Assembly: GCA_963666835.2 (NCBI GenBank)
Contig: CAXXGO010000001.1
Span: 544,001-608,000, forward strand
Length of the DNA stretch: 64,000 nt
Reading direction: 5' to 3'
Source: Phycisphaerae bacterium
GTDB lineage: Bacteria; Planctomycetota; Phycisphaerae; UBA1845
A program made the translations under genes and the position numbers. How positions within the stretch are numbered: the first letter of the stretch is position 1; each line of letters starts with the position of its first letter. The notes beneath the pieces are model-generated. The model ran no database searches. It was not told the DNA's origin and worked only from the letters and a program-made list of their open reading frames with translations. Below are positions 21,676 to 34,536 of the stretch, piece after piece.

Positions 21676-21990
21676 ATGAACCTTGAGATCGTTACGTCTA
21701 ATGGGCGAGTAAACGAGGATTTCCGCCAATACGTTGAGCAACGACTCCACAATGGGCTTCTACGGTTTGAGAATCGCATTGTTAAAACCACGGTTTCGTT
21801 CTTAGACCTGAGCGGCCCGTACGGGGCGGAGCAGCAGTGTCGCCTCGCGCTTAGCTTGGCGTCCGGCGGTGAAGTAGGCGTTGAGAGAAGAGCTGTAAGT
21901 GCAAGACTTGCCCTTGGCCGTGCTGTCGAAACGACTTGCCGCGAGCTACGGCGCCTGCTTGAGGCCAGGGGAAGCCGGAATGGCGCGTAG
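21676..21990 (+). CDS. HPF/RaiA-like ribosome-associated protein
   Basis: YVEQRL..RFENRI..VSFLDLSGPYG..QCRL. Confidence 0.7.
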   Translation: MNLEIVTSNGRVNEDFRQYVEQRLHNGLLRFENRIVKTTVSFLDLSGPYGAEQQCRLALSLASGGEVGVERRAVSARLALGRAVETTCRELRRLLEARGSRNGA

Positions 21991-22265
21991 CATGAGCTCG
22001 CCGAGCGGGAGATTGATTGGTGCCCAACAAAACGGCGGATGCGCAATGAGCGATCATGGGGCTATCACGCGGCAGGGCATGGACTGACGATGAGGCCATT
22101 AGGTTCACGAGCGATGGCCAGCTTGAGGCTCGATAGCAGAAGCACTGATTCGGCCTCGCGGCTGAGGTCGTGCAGAGTGACGATAGCCACCGCCCATCAG
22201 GAGATGGGCGTGTAGCTCGCATTCAACGCACTCAGTGCGTGCTTGTACGACATTAGGGTGGTGAA

Positions 22266-22727
22266 ATGGAAAAGAAACGATCTGGGGCGTCACATTTGCT
22301 AAGCGTCGGCGACAAGGCGCCTGCTTTCTCCCTCAGGGATCAGAACGGTAATCTGGTCACCCTGGAGGAGTTCAAAGCGAAGAGGAATGTCGTTCTTGTC
22401 TTCTATCCCGGCGACAACACGCCGGGATGCACCAAGCAGCTTTGCGCGATCCGTGATCAGTTCGAGCTTTTTGACGAGAACGACACGGTCGTTTTCGGAA
22501 TCAATCCACAAGACCCTGCGTCGCACAAGGAGTTCATCAGCAAACGCAGCCTCCCGTTTCCTCTGCTCGTGGACGGTGACAAGAAGGTCATTGCGGCCTA
22601 CGGCTGCAGGGGACTGCTGATGACGAAGAGGACTGTCTACGGCATCAATATGGAAGGTACTATTGTCTTTTCCCGCCGTGGAACGCCTGCTAACGAAGAG
22701 ATACTCAGTGCGCTCAAGGAGAGATGA
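22266..22727 (+). CDS. bcp: Peroxiredoxin (BCP type)
   Basis: FYPGDNTPGCTKQLC. Confidence 0.9.
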   Translation: MEKKRSGASHLLSVGDKAPAFSLRDQNGNLVTLEEFKAKRNVVLVFYPGDNTPGCTKQLCAIRDQFELFDENDTVVFGINPQDPASHKEFISKRSLPFPLLVDGDKKVIAAYGCRGLLMTKRTVYGINMEGTIVFSRRGTPANEEILSALKER

Positions 22728-22818
22728 GCTAGTGCGACAGTGTGCTCCTCGTGAGCGAGACAGGTGGATCTCTCCGGATGAGCCGCAGTCTGCGGATTTG
22801 CGTCGAAGCATGGGGTGA

Positions 22819-24312
<1,494 letters not shown>

Positions 24313-24412
24313 TTTGTGGTGTGGGAGTGCGGTGGACACACCATAAAGTCCAGCGCCTTGTTGGGGCGCCGGATTGAAGAAACAACTGCCGCACAAGTAA
24401 AGGAGATTGAAG

Positions 24413-24601
24413 ATGCCTAACAGAGATGGCACAGGACCAGCAGGCAAAGGGGCAAAAAGCGGAAAGCAAGAGGGCGAATGCTCAGGAGCAAAGCCAAAAT
24501 GTAAACCAAAGGATGGGACAGGCGAAGAGACAGGCGAAGGGAAAGGCCAAGGGAAAGGACAAGGGAAAGGACAAGGGAAAGGACGGGGGCGGAAACGGTA
24601 G
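24413..24601 (+). CDS. Small Gly/Lys-rich DUF5320-like protein
   Basis: MPNRDGTGPAGKG; tandem 12-bp CAAGGGAAAGGA repeats encode GQGK. Confidence 0.65.
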   Translation: MPNRDGTGPAGKGAKSGKQEGECSGAKPKCKPKDGTGEETGEGKGQGKGQGKGQGKGRGRKR

Positions 24602-24669
24602 AACACAGCCCTCAACATGATCGCCATGGGCGGGGGATTCTTCCTCCGCCCATGCCGCCGCCGACACTC

Positions 24670-25059
24670 ATGAATCTTAAGATTCTATTGCCGTTCCGGA
24701 TCTTTGCCGAGAAGACCGGTGTTACCCGCATCGTTGCGGAGACCCGCGAGGGCTCGTTCGGGCTTCTGCCACATCGGCTCGACTGCGTGGCCGCGCTTGC
24801 GCCCGGCATTCTGATCTACGAAAACGCAGCCGAAGGCGAGGTTTACATCGCCGTGGATGAAGGGGTGTTGATCAAGACCGGCCCGGACGTGTTCGTCTCC
24901 GTGCGGAACGCCATAGCCGGAACGGATCTCCACCAACTGCGTGGGGCGGTGGAGCGGGAGTTTCTAAACCAGGACGAACGTGAACAGGGCGTGCGCTCGG
25001 TCCTGGCGAAAATGGAGAGCGGTTTCATCCGCCGTATGGTGAATCTTCACAATGGCTGA
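24670..25059 (+). CDS. atpC: N-ATPase epsilon subunit
   Basis: GSFGLLPHRLDCVAAL; position in the operon. Confidence 0.92.
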   Translation: MNLKILLPFRIFAEKTGVTRIVAETREGSFGLLPHRLDCVAALAPGILIYENAAEGEVYIAVDEGVLIKTGPDVFVSVRNAIAGTDLHQLRGAVEREFLNQDEREQGVRSVLAKMESGFIRRMVNLHNG

Positions 25060-25390
25060 CGAATCCCAGAATAGGCCCTTGAAGCCAAAGCCGCCGCTCA
25101 GTCAGGAGGTCGGTTCGAAGGCGGCGCGCAAGCTTCGCGCCCGGCGGCATGTCACACGCACGGTCTGGTTCGGCCTGGGCATGATGGGGCTGATCGGCTG
25201 GTCGGTCGCGATCCCGACGGTGCTCGGCGCGGCGCTTGGTCTGTGGCTGGACAGTCGCCATCAAGGAAGTCATTCCTGGACGCTGATGCTGCTGGTCATC
25301 GGCCTGATCATCGGCTGTTTGAATGCCTGGCATTGGGTGGCCAAGGAAGACAAGGCCATGCGGGAGGAACAGGAGGACGGCGATGAATGA
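25052..25390 (+). CDS. atpQ: AtpQ (AtpZ/AtpI-family) N-ATPase protein
   Basis: GMMGLIGWSVAIPT..WLD. Confidence 0.88.
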   Translation: MADESQNRPLKPKPPLSQEVGSKAARKLRARRHVTRTVWFGLGMMGLIGWSVAIPTVLGAALGLWLDSRHQGSHSWTLMLLVIGLIIGCLNAWHWVAKEDKAMREEQEDGDE

Positions 25391-25697
25391 GACTGTGATT
25401 CTGGTGCTCGCGGGGAGCGCGGGTGTCTTGCTCGGCGTGTTTTTCTTCGGCGGTCTTTGGTGGACAGTGCGAAGGGGCCTTTCGTCGAAACGGCCGGCGT
25501 CTTTGTTTCTCGGCAGCCTCCTGCTGCGAACGAGCATCATTCTGGGCGGATTCTACGTTGTCTCCGGCGGTCATTGGGACCGGCTGCTGGCGTGTCTCCT
25601 CGGATTCGTCATCGCCCGTTTCCTCGTGACGCGGCTCACTGGCCCGCCGGTCGAACACCACAACTCCCGAGCGAAAGAGGCCGGTCATGCACCTTAG
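25383..25697 (+). CDS. atpR: AtpR N-ATPase subunit
   Basis: FFGGLWWTVRR, SLLLR. Confidence 0.85.
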   Translation: MNETVILVLAGSAGVLLGVFFFGGLWWTVRRGLSSKRPASLFLGSLLLRTSIILGGFYVVSGGHWDRLLACLLGFVIARFLVTRLTGPPVEHHNSRAKEAGHAP

Positions 25698-26382
25698 TCC
25701 CGACGAGATCATCTTCTGGCAACACGGTTACTTCAAGCTCAACGCCACGATCCTATTCACTTGGGGGCTGATGCTCGTGCTGGCCGTCGGTTCTAAACTC
25801 ATCACGCGCAGACTTTCCATCGGCCTGCAACGTTCCCGCTGGCAGAACCTTCTGGAAATCGTCGTCACCGGCATCGAGCAACAGATTGAAGAGATAGGTC
25901 TGAGTCGGCCGCGGAAGTACCTCGGCTTTCTGGGCACGCTCTTTTTGTTTCTCGCCGCAGCCAGCCTCTGCACCGTCATTCCCGGGTACGAGCCGCCGAC
26001 CGGCTCTCTCTCGACCACGGCGGCACTCGCGCTGTGCGTGTTTGTGGCCGTGCCGTTCTTCGGTATCGAGGAGCAAGGGCTGGGCAACTACCTCAAGTCC
26101 TATGTGAAACCGACGTTCATCATGCTGCCTTTTAACATCGTCAGCGAACTTTCCCGCACGCTGGCCCTGGCCGTCCGTTTGTTCGGCAACATGATGAGCG
26201 GGGCAATGATCATCGGTATCCTGCTCACTATTACGCCCTTCATCTTCCCGATCATCATGACGGCCCTCGGTCTGCTCACCGGCATGGTGCAGGCCTACAT
26301 CTTCAGCATCCTGGCAGCGGTTTACATCGCAGCCGCCACGCGCGTCCGCAACCCTGAACCCCAAGGAGAGCCCGACCATTGA
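25687..26382 (+). CDS. atpB: F0 subunit a
   Basis: LAVRLFGN, QAYIF. Confidence 0.95.
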   Translation: MHLSPDEIIFWQHGYFKLNATILFTWGLMLVLAVGSKLITRRLSIGLQRSRWQNLLEIVVTGIEQQIEEIGLSRPRKYLGFLGTLFLFLAAASLCTVIPGYEPPTGSLSTTAALALCVFVAVPFFGIEEQGLGNYLKSYVKPTFIMLPFNIVSELSRTLALAVRLFGNMMSGAMIIGILLTITPFIFPIIMTALGLLTGMVQAYIFSILAAVYIAAATRVRNPEPQGEPDH

Positions 26383-26416
26383 AACAACAAAGCAAACAGC
26401 TAAAGGAGATAGTACT

Positions 26417-26698
26417 ATGGATGACGTGACAATCATCGGTGCGGCATCGATTGTTATCGCCGGCATCACCACCGGTTTCGGTACCATGGGGCCGGCACTG
26501 GGCGAAGGGCGCGCGGTCTCGAGTGCGCTGAGTTCACTGGCTCAGCAGCCTGATGCCTCCGCTACCATTACCCGGACCTTGTTCGTAGGGCTGGCGATGA
26601 TCGAGTCCACGGCCATCTACTGTTTCGTGGTCTCGATGATTCTGATCTTCGCCAACCCGTTCTGGAACCACGTCATCGCCCAGGCCGGGGGTAAGTAA
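26417..26698 (+). CDS. atpE: F0 subunit c with Na+-type motif
   Basis: LGEGRA..QQP..IESTAIY. Confidence 0.95.
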   Translation: MDDVTIIGAASIVIAGITTGFGTMGPALGEGRAVSSALSSLAQQPDASATITRTLFVGLAMIESTAIYCFVVSMILIFANPFWNHVIAQAGGK

Positions 26699-26701
26699 GC
26701 C

Positions 26702-27526
26702 ATGCTCATCGACTGGTTCACAGTCAGTGCCCAGTTGGTCAACTTCCTGATCCTGGTGTGGCTGCTGAAGCGCCTTCTCTACAAGCCCATCCTCCACGCC
26801 ATCGATGAGCGGGAGAGGCGTATCGCCCAGGAACTCGCGGACGCCGACACGAAGAGAACCGAAGCCGAAAAGGAGCGCGAAAGGTTCCAGAAGAAGAACG
26901 ACGAGTTCGACAAGCAGCGCGAGGAGCTCCTGAGCAAAGCGAAGGGCGAGGCAAGATCCGAAAGTCATCGCCTCCTCGAGGAATCGCGGCTGGCGGCGAA
27001 CGCCCTGCGTGCCAAAAAAGAGGACGCGTTGAAACGCGAACAGCAGAGCCTCAACGACGAAATCACCCGCCGGACCCGGGAGGAAGTTTTTGCCATCGCG
27101 CGAAAGACGCTGACGGATCTCGCCGGAACAAGTCTGGAAGAACGCATGAGCGAGGTGTTCACGCGCCGCTTGCGAGGGCTGAACGATGAGGCGAAGGAAG
27201 GCCTCGCCCGAGCCCTGCAAACATCGACCGACCCGGTGCTCGTGCGCAGCGCCTTCGAGCTGCCGGCGGAGCAACGAGTCGCGATACAACGTGCACTCAG
27301 CGAAACCTTCTCGGCGGAAATGCAAGTCCGTTTCGAGGCTGCGCCAGGCGTGATCAGCGGCATCGAACTCACCGCGAACGGGCGAAAGGTGGCGTGGAGC
27401 ATCACGGAGTATCTCGCATCACTGGAAAAGAGCATCGGCGAGCTGCTGAAGGAGAAGGACAAGCCCAAAGCCGAGCCTAAACCAAAGTCCGGGGCTGGAC
27501 CTGTTGCTCGCGAGGAGGCCAAATGA
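26702..27526 (+). CDS. atpF: F0 subunit b (long, b-delta-like)
   Basis: [18 protein letters not shown], coiled coil, GIEL tail. Confidence 0.92.
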   Translation: MLIDWFTVSAQLVNFLILVWLLKRLLYKPILHAIDERERRIAQELADADTKRTEAEKERERFQKKNDEFDKQREELLSKAKGEARSESHRLLEESRLAANALRAKKEDALKREQQSLNDEITRRTREEVFAIARKTLTDLAGTSLEERMSEVFTRRLRGLNDEAKEGLARALQTSTDPVLVRSAFELPAEQRVAIQRALSETFSAEMQVRFEAAPGVISGIELTANGRKVAWSITEYLASLEKSIGELLKEKDKPKAEPKPKSGAGPVAREEAK

Positions 27527-29157
27527 GCGCGCCGCCCGATTCTTTGCAGAGTGTCTTCGACCGCGCGTTCGCGGGCCTAAGCCAGGGGCGCGAAACCTTC
27601 ACGCCGCAACTGACGTCCCGGGAGGTGGGCACGGTCACCAGCGTCGCCACCGGCATTGCCAAGGTGTCGGGCCTCCCCGGCGTGGGCTTTGATGAACTGG
27701 TGAGGTTTCCCGGCGATGTGCTCGGCATTGCGTTCAACGTAGACACGAACGAAATCGGCGTCGTTCTGCTCGGCGAATACTGGCATCTCCATGCGGGAGA
27801 TGAAGTTCAGCGTACGGGCCGGGTCATGGACGTGGCCGTGGGCGATGGACTGCTGGGCCGCGTCATCGACCCGCTCGGTCGGCCACTCGATGGCGCGGGC
27901 CCGGTCGCCGCCAGCGAGCGCCTGCCCGTCGAACGCCCCGCCGCGCCCATCATGGACCGTGCGCCCGTCACCGTGCCGCTCCAGACCGGGATCAAAGTCA
28001 TTGACGCGCTCATTCCCATCGGACGCGGCCAGCGTGAGCTGATTCTCGGTGACCGCCAGACGGGCAAAACTGCCATTGCGATCGACACCATCCTTAACCA
28101 GCGTGGCAAGGATGTTCAGTGTGTGTATTGCGCCATTGGCCAGCGGGCGTCCGCCATCGCGAAGGCCGTGGCCACCTTCCGGGAAAAGGATGCGATGGAT
28201 TACACCGTGGTCGTTGTCACCGAGGGCAACGACCCGCCGGGCCTTGCCTACATCGCCCCTTATGCCGCGACCAGCATCGCGGAGTCTTTCATGGAAGCGG
28301 GCAGAGATGTGCTGATCGTTTATGATGACCTCACCCATCACGCCCGTGCCTACCGCGAACTCTCTCTCTTGTTGCGCCGTCCGCCCGGTCGCGAAGCGTT
28401 TCCCGGCGACATCTTCTATATTCACTCGCGGCTGCTCGAACGTGCGACGCACTTGCGCAAGGAACTCGGTGGCGGCTCCCTCACCGCGCTGCCCATCATC
28501 CAAACCGAAGCGCAGGACATTTCCGCCTACATACCGACGAACTTGATTTCCATCACCGATGGGCAGATCTACCTCTCGCCGTCGCTGTTCGAATTGGGCG
28601 TGCTGCCCGCGGTCGATGTCGGGAAATCCGTTTCGCGCGTTGGCGGCAAGGCGCAGCGGGCGGCCTACCGCGCGGTGGCCGGAGACCTCAAGCTGGCCTA
28701 CGCGCAGTTTGAGGAGCTCGAAACCTTTTCCCGGTTCGGCGCACGCCTGGATGAAGACACTCGCAAGATCATTGAGCACGGAAGGCGAATTCGCGCCTGC
28801 CTCAAACAGCCGGAATTCGCTCCGGTGTCGGTGCCCGGGCAAATCGCCGTGCTGCTGACGTTGACCGCAGAACTCTTCGACGCCGTGCCGCTTGACCAGA
28901 TGACGGACGCCGAGCACGCCGTGCGCGAGGTAGCGGCGACTATCCCGGCGAAGGTGCGCGAACGATTGGATACCGCCGAAGAATTGAGCGATGAGGATCG
29001 TGAGACGATTATCCAAATCGCCCGCAAATCGCTCGCAGAGTTCCGGCCCAAGGAGGGATCGAAAAACGAGCCTGAACATATGGCCAAGGAGCAACCGAAA
29101 TCCGAATCCAAGGCTAAACCAAAGACGGAGCCCGCGCATGAATCTGGGTCTGAATGA
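27523..29157 (+). CDS. atpA: N-ATPase alpha subunit
   Basis: [18 protein letters not shown]. Confidence 0.97.
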   Translation: MSAPPDSLQSVFDRAFAGLSQGRETFTPQLTSREVGTVTSVATGIAKVSGLPGVGFDELVRFPGDVLGIAFNVDTNEIGVVLLGEYWHLHAGDEVQRTGRVMDVAVGDGLLGRVIDPLGRPLDGAGPVAASERLPVERPAAPIMDRAPVTVPLQTGIKVIDALIPIGRGQRELILGDRQTGKTAIAIDTILNQRGKDVQCVYCAIGQRASAIAKAVATFREKDAMDYTVVVVTEGNDPPGLAYIAPYAATSIAESFMEAGRDVLIVYDDLTHHARAYRELSLLLRRPPGREAFPGDIFYIHSRLLERATHLRKELGGGSLTALPIIQTEAQDISAYIPTNLISITDGQIYLSPSLFELGVLPAVDVGKSVSRVGGKAQRAAYRAVAGDLKLAYAQFEELETFSRFGARLDEDTRKIIEHGRRIRACLKQPEFAPVSVPGQIAVLLTLTAELFDAVPLDQMTDAEHAVREVAATIPAKVRERLDTAEELSDEDRETIIQIARKSLAEFRPKEGSKNEPEHMAKEQPKSESKAKPKTEPAHESGSE

Positions 29158-29424
29158 ACCACGAAACAGGAGGCAAAAGGTGACACGAAACGTCACTACT
29201 CCACTCTGCTCTGCCGATCGAGCTCGACGGCCGAATTGCGGGTCAGTTGGACGGCTTGATGGGGTGGATTGAAGCTGCTGATCTGAAAAACCCACAGGTC
29301 GACGATTGCTCGACGATCTGGGCGGGCGGACCCTGGTCATTCCAGCCGAGCAGATGCCGGTGCGGGCGGGACTGACCACTGTTTATCGCTATTGAACCAA
29401 TCGCATTTACAAAAGGAAAACACC

Positions 29425-29802
29425 ATGCAGATCCAAATAAACACCGGTCACAACATCGAAGTTCACGAGACGCTCGCCGCTGAGATCAGTGGCGTAGTGG
29501 AAGGTGCCCTGGGTCGATTCGCCGATCACATCACACGAGTGGAGGTCCACCTGAGCGACGAAAACAGTGACAAAAAGTGCGGCCATGACGCCATGCGTTG
29601 CATGATGGAAGCCCGTCTCGAAGGCCGCCAGCCCATCGCGGTCACGCACCAGGCCGCGACCTTGGACCAAGCCGTCGACGACGCTGCAGGTAAGTTGACC
29701 AGATTGATTGAACACTCCCTCGGGCGGCTGCGCGAGCAGCAGAGTCACCGGACAGACCCTGACCCATCCCCACCTGAACCGGAACTCGAGGAGGAGCCAT
29801 GA
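29425..29802 (+). CDS. HPF/RaiA-family protein inside the ATPase operon
   Basis: MQIQINT..ITRVEVHLSDEN..RCMMEARL. Confidence 0.85.
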   Translation: MQIQINTGHNIEVHETLAAEISGVVEGALGRFADHITRVEVHLSDENSDKKCGHDAMRCMMEARLEGRQPIAVTHQAATLDQAVDDAAGKLTRLIEHSLGRLREQQSHRTDPDPSPPEPELEEEP

Positions 29803-30692
29803 GCGACACCACAGCAGGTCTGCGCCGAAAGATCAGTAGCGCCGGAGATCTCCAATCCGTCGTCCGCACCATGAAGGCCCTGGCCGCTTCGAGTATCGGC
29901 CAATACGAGCAATCGGTGCGTGCGTTGGGTGACTACTATCGCAACGTGGAGCTGGGGTTGGGTGTCTGCTTCCGGGGCACCGGTTCAGAGGCGTTGATGA
30001 CTGGAGGGGCAAGTCAAACCGATGCAACTGCGATTGGTGCGGTCGTGTTTGGCTCCGACCAGGGATTGGTGGGCCAGTTTAATGATGTCGTGGCCGATCA
30101 TGCGGTCAAGACACTGGCGGCTCTGGCAGCTAAACCCGAGGTCTGGGCCGTCGGTGAGCGCGTTCATGCGCGCCTGGCGGACGCGGGCCTCCCGATGATA
30201 GGGCTCTTCACCGTTCCGAATTCCGTCAAGGCCATCACTCCGCTCGTCGGGCAGATTCTCGTGGACAGCGAGACGCGCCACAGCCAGGGTGAAGTCACCG
30301 AACTGCACCTCTTCTACAACCGCCCCACGTCCGGGGCGGTGTATGCGCCCGTCAGTCAGCGACTGCTGCCGTTGGACGACACCTGGCGACGCAAGCTGGC
30401 CGAACTTCCCTGGCCGACGGCGAACTTGCCCGAGGTCATGGGTGGCGGCACCGCGACCTTGCGGGCGCTTATCCGCGAATATCTTTTCGTCTCGCTCTTC
30501 CGGGCGTGCGCCGAATCCCTGGCGAGCGAGAACGCGAGCCGCCTGGCGGCAATGCAACGCGCCGAGAAAAACATCGACGAATTGGTGGAGGACCTCAACG
30601 GGACATTCCATCGTTTGCGGCAGAGTGGCATCGACGAAGAGCTGTTCGACGTCATCTCCGGTTTCGAAGCGCTGAGCGAAGAGGAGAAGTGA
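29799..30692 (+). CDS. atpG: N-ATPase gamma subunit
   Basis: VVRTMKALAA, GSDQGLVGQFN, SENASRLAAMQ. Confidence 0.95.
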   Translation: MSDTTAGLRRKISSAGDLQSVVRTMKALAASSIGQYEQSVRALGDYYRNVELGLGVCFRGTGSEALMTGGASQTDATAIGAVVFGSDQGLVGQFNDVVADHAVKTLAALAAKPEVWAVGERVHARLADAGLPMIGLFTVPNSVKAITPLVGQILVDSETRHSQGEVTELHLFYNRPTSGAVYAPVSQRLLPLDDTWRRKLAELPWPTANLPEVMGGGTATLRALIREYLFVSLFRACAESLASENASRLAAMQRAEKNIDELVEDLNGTFHRLRQSGIDEELFDVISGFEALSEEEK

Positions 30693-30741
30693 TGCGCGTT
30701 GGCATGGCTGCGGCCCTGAACCCATGGTATAGGACAGCACG

Positions 30742-31782
30742 ATGACACCGCCAGTGCGAGATTATTATGAAGTGCTCGGTGTCTCGCGGACGACGGACGC
30801 CAAGGGGATCAAGCGCGCGTATCGAAAGCTGGCCCACAAGTGGCATCCGGACCGCAATAAGGCTCCGGAGGCAAGCGAGCGTTTCAAGGAGGTCACGCAG
30901 GCATACCGGGTCCTGTCGGATCTCAAAAAGCGGGCGCAGTACGACAAGTACGGACATGACTGGGAGCATGCCGAGGCGTACGAAGCGGCCGGCTTTGATC
31001 CGCGGGCTGGCAGTCAGGACGAACGTACTTATCGCGTTTACTATGCTCACGATGATCCGAATGAGGTAGGTGCCTTCGCTGATGTCCGCGAGCTCTTTGA
31101 GCAGGCCTTCAGGCAGCGCGCCCGAACGAGCTCTGTCGAGCTGAGAAACGTTACCGGCAAGCTCAGAGTTTCCCTCGGAGAGGCATTCAATGGCTGTCGC
31201 AGGGGCTTGCGGCTGGAGGTGCCAGAGCCCTGCCAAACCTGCCACGGGGCGGGCCATCTCAAGGGACGCCCATGTGAAGGGTGCGGTGGTGCGGGAGCCC
31301 AGAAGCGTGCACGGGAGATTGACGTGCGAGTGCCTCCCGGGGTCCGCGATGGCTCGGTCATTCGGCTGGCCGGTCAGGGAGTCGCGGGGCAGCGGGGGGA
31401 ACCTCCCGGAGATCTCTTGATCACGATACAAGTCGAGCCACACCCAGTGTTCCGCATCGCCGGTGATAACGTTGAACTCGACCTGCCGGTCACCCCGTGG
31501 GAATTGACTCTAGGCGCCGACGTCGACGTACCAGTTCTGACCGGGTCCGTAAGCCTGAGAATCCCTCCCGGTACGGCAAACGAGAGAACGCTGCGTTTAC
31601 GGAGGCAAGGCTGGCCCAAGCGAGATGGAACGCGAGGCGACTTGCTCGTGCGCCTCGTGGCCAGTGTTCCGCAAGCAGAGACGGATGAGCAGCGTGCCGC
31701 TTACCAGCGGCTAGCGGAATTGTTCCCGGCAGACGTACGAGCGAAATGGCGGCGGCGCGCCAAGACTCAAAGCCGAGAGTGA
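30742..31782 (+). CDS. DnaJ-family co-chaperone
   Basis: J domain with HPD, partial CxxCxGxG repeats, DnaJ C-terminal domain. Confidence 0.92.
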   Translation: MTPPVRDYYEVLGVSRTTDAKGIKRAYRKLAHKWHPDRNKAPEASERFKEVTQAYRVLSDLKKRAQYDKYGHDWEHAEAYEAAGFDPRAGSQDERTYRVYYAHDDPNEVGAFADVRELFEQAFRQRARTSSVELRNVTGKLRVSLGEAFNGCRRGLRLEVPEPCQTCHGAGHLKGRPCEGCGGAGAQKRAREIDVRVPPGVRDGSVIRLAGQGVAGQRGEPPGDLLITIQVEPHPVFRIAGDNVELDLPVTPWELTLGADVDVPVLTGSVSLRIPPGTANERTLRLRRQGWPKRDGTRGDLLVRLVASVPQAETDEQRAAYQRLAELFPADVRAKWRRRAKTQSRE

Positions 31783-31878
31783 TCGGTGATCGCGCGGTTT
31801 TGACTGCCGCTGCCATGGGCGTGGCCCCGACGCTTGCGTGAAGCGGGCATTACGGTCTTGTAAGAGAAAGGAAACTGC

Positions 31879-31995
31879 ATGGAACTGGGCATGATCGGAT
31901 TAGGGCGGATGCCGGAACGGGGCAGGCTCGCCGCAGCCAACTCAGTTTCGCTTGAGGAGCCACCGGGCAGGAGCGTGGTCAATGGCAGCAAATGA
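31879..31995 (+). pseudogene. Remnant of a 6-phosphogluconate dehydrogenase-like N-terminus
   Basis: RBS plus MELGMIGLGRM, then divergence and an early stop. Confidence 0.55.
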
Positions 31996-33353
31996 CGGGA
32001 TCGGCAATGGGCGATGACGATTCGACAACAAAGCCCGCAGCCATGGGCATTGTTGTCGGCGGCAGGCCGGCACCCGGCATCAACGGCGTAATCGGTGCAG
32101 CTACGATCGAAGCAGTTAACAACGGGCTCTGCGTGCTAGGCATATACGACGGATTCCGTCATCTGGCCAGTGAGTTGTCTGCCACAGAGCAACACGTCCG
32201 GGCCCTCACAATCAAGGACGTTGGCCGGATTCACTTCGACGGCGGTTCGATTCTGCGGACCTCGCGCACCAGTCTACTGGACCAGCCGAAACTCGCGGCA
32301 TCTCCGGTTGTCGAACCTGATGCTGAGGCAACAACACGCATCTGCCAGCGGCTTCAGTCGCTCGGCGTGACGCGCCTGTTGACCATCGGCGGTGATGACA
32401 CCGCCCTGAATGCGCGCCTAGTCGCGACCCAGGCTGCCGGAGGAGTTCGGGTCGTCCATGTTCCATGTACGATTGACAATGATCTACCCTTGCCCGGTGG
32501 TGCCCCTACGGTTGGGTTTGCAACCGCACGGCACTTCGGGGCAGCGATCGTGGCCAACCTGATGGAGGATTCGCGCACCACCAGCCGGTGGTATATCATC
32601 GTGACCATGGGGCGAAACACGGGCCATCTGGCCTTGGGCATCGGAAAGGCGGCCGGCGCAACGCTTACCGTCGTTCCCGAGGAATTCCCACGGCAAACCA
32701 CGATCTCCGAGATCGCGGATATTCTGGAGGGCGCCATGCTTAAGCGTCGAGCGTCAGGCCGACGTGACGGCGTGGCCATACTTGCCGAAGGTTTCGCGTC
32801 GATCCTGCGGGATCCCGACGAGTTGTCGAGAGCCCTGGGATCTCCAGTACCTCTCGACGCCGCCGGTCATCCTCGCCTTTCCGAGGTACCACTGGCCCGT
32901 ATTCTCCAACTGGAGCTGGAGCGCCGTTTTGCGACTAGGAGCGAACGTATGACGCTTGTCGCGCACACCCTGGGGTACGAGCTGCGCTGCGCCGCTCCCA
33001 CGACGTCGGACATGGGATATGCCCGCGACTTGGGACACGGCGGTGTCCGGCTCCTTGTTGACTCGACACAGGAGCTTCCGACCGGGGTCATGGTCACGCT
33101 GCGCGAAGGCAATCTCAATCCGGTGTCCTTCGAAGACATGATTGACCCCACGACAAACCGAACGAAGATCCGGTCTGTGGACATCAACAGCTACTCGTAC
33201 GACGTTGCCCGGGCGTATATGATCCGCCTGGAACCGGAGGATTTTGAATCGCCGGTCTCGCTCGCGGCGTTGGCATCCGAAGCCCGAATGACACCTCATC
33301 AGTTCCGACAACGGTATGGAACGGTAGTGAAAGAACAACGGGGAATTCAATGA
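31992..33353 (+). CDS. pfp: Phosphofructokinase (PPi-type)
   Basis: PAPGIN, GGDDT, TIDNDL, MGR, GYELR. Confidence 0.88.
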   Translation: MTGSAMGDDDSTTKPAAMGIVVGGRPAPGINGVIGAATIEAVNNGLCVLGIYDGFRHLASELSATEQHVRALTIKDVGRIHFDGGSILRTSRTSLLDQPKLAASPVVEPDAEATTRICQRLQSLGVTRLLTIGGDDTALNARLVATQAAGGVRVVHVPCTIDNDLPLPGGAPTVGFATARHFGAAIVANLMEDSRTTSRWYIIVTMGRNTGHLALGIGKAAGATLTVVPEEFPRQTTISEIADILEGAMLKRRASGRRDGVAILAEGFASILRDPDELSRALGSPVPLDAAGHPRLSEVPLARILQLELERRFATRSERMTLVAHTLGYELRCAAPTTSDMGYARDLGHGGVRLLVDSTQELPTGVMVTLREGNLNPVSFEDMIDPTTNRTKIRSVDINSYSYDVARAYMIRLEPEDFESPVSLAALASEARMTPHQFRQRYGTVVKEQRGIQ

Positions 33354-34165
33354 ACGGCAAGCCCAAGACGCAGAACATGGCATTGTTCTGCGATTTCGAG
33401 AATATCGCCCTGGGAGTGCGGGACGCCCAGCTTGAGGCATTCGACGTCAAGAAGGTGCTGGAGCGTCTGTTGCTCAAGGGAAACATCGTTGTCAAGAAAG
33501 CCTACTGCGACTGGGATCGGTACAAGGAGTTCAAGGCGGCGATGCACGAGGCGGCATTTGAGTTGATCGAGATCCCCCATCTGCGCCAGTCGGGCAAGAA
33601 CTCGGCGGATGTCCGCATGGTCGTAGACGCCTTGGACCTCTGCTACACCAAGTCACACGTCGACACCTTCGTAATCATCAGCGGCGATTCGGATTTTTCG
33701 CCGCTGGCGAGCAAGCTGCGGGAGAACAACAAGATGGTCATCGGCGTCGGGGTCAAATCCTCCACCTCCGACCTGTTGATGTCAAACTGCGACGAGTTCA
33801 TCCTTTACGATGATCTGGTACGAGAGGCGAAGAAGCCGCGCAGGACAAAACCCAGGACCCCGATCGAAAAGTCAGCACCCAAGGCGGCGCCCGCAAGCGA
33901 CGAAAGCAGGAAGCAGAAGGCGCTCGATCTGGTTCTGGAGACAGTTGAAGACCTGTTTAAGGAACGTGGCGAAGAGGAGAAAGTATGGGGCTCGATGGTC
34001 AAGCAGACGCTCAAGCGGCGGAACCCGGGATTTAGCGAGTCCTGGCATGGCTTCAAGAACTTCGGCCAATTGCTTGAAGAGGCCCAGGCGCGCAAGCTGC
34101 TGGAGCTGGAGCACGACGACAAATCCGGCGGGTATATCGTTAGAGGCTTTACGCATGAAGATTAG
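33350..34165 (+). CDS. NYN-domain protein with C-terminal OST-HTH
   Basis: DFEN, GKNSAD, SGDSDF; PGFSESWHGFKNF. Confidence 0.9.
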   Translation: MNGKPKTQNMALFCDFENIALGVRDAQLEAFDVKKVLERLLLKGNIVVKKAYCDWDRYKEFKAAMHEAAFELIEIPHLRQSGKNSADVRMVVDALDLCYTKSHVDTFVIISGDSDFSPLASKLRENNKMVIGVGVKSSTSDLLMSNCDEFILYDDLVREAKKPRRTKPRTPIEKSAPKAAPASDESRKQKALDLVLETVEDLFKERGEEEKVWGSMVKQTLKRRNPGFSESWHGFKNFGQLLEEAQARKLLELEHDDKSGGYIVRGFTHED

Positions 34166-34536
34166 GGCACTCGTTCTGGTTGGGCGTTCCCACGGACTTA
34201 TCTGCCCTGGAACTGGCGAATACACGCGAAGGCCAAGGTGATTCCAGACAACACTTCAGGATAACAACATGATCTTCAAAGGCAGATGTATTAGTCGCGG
34301 AGTCGCGCGAGGCCCTGCCATCCTGTCGGATTCGGCACCAGTCCTGGCGGCGGCGCTCCGAATGCGCCCCGGCGGCCTTCGAGTTCGAGCGTCTAAACGC
34401 CGCTATCGGCCGGGCCTGCGTGCAGCTTGATCGGACCAAGCGGCAGCTCGCGTGGCGCCCGGCGGGGGGCATCAACAGCTGCATCGAATGGGGTGAGTAA
34501 CGACTGGTAAGCAGGCCTTCACATGGAACCGTCATT

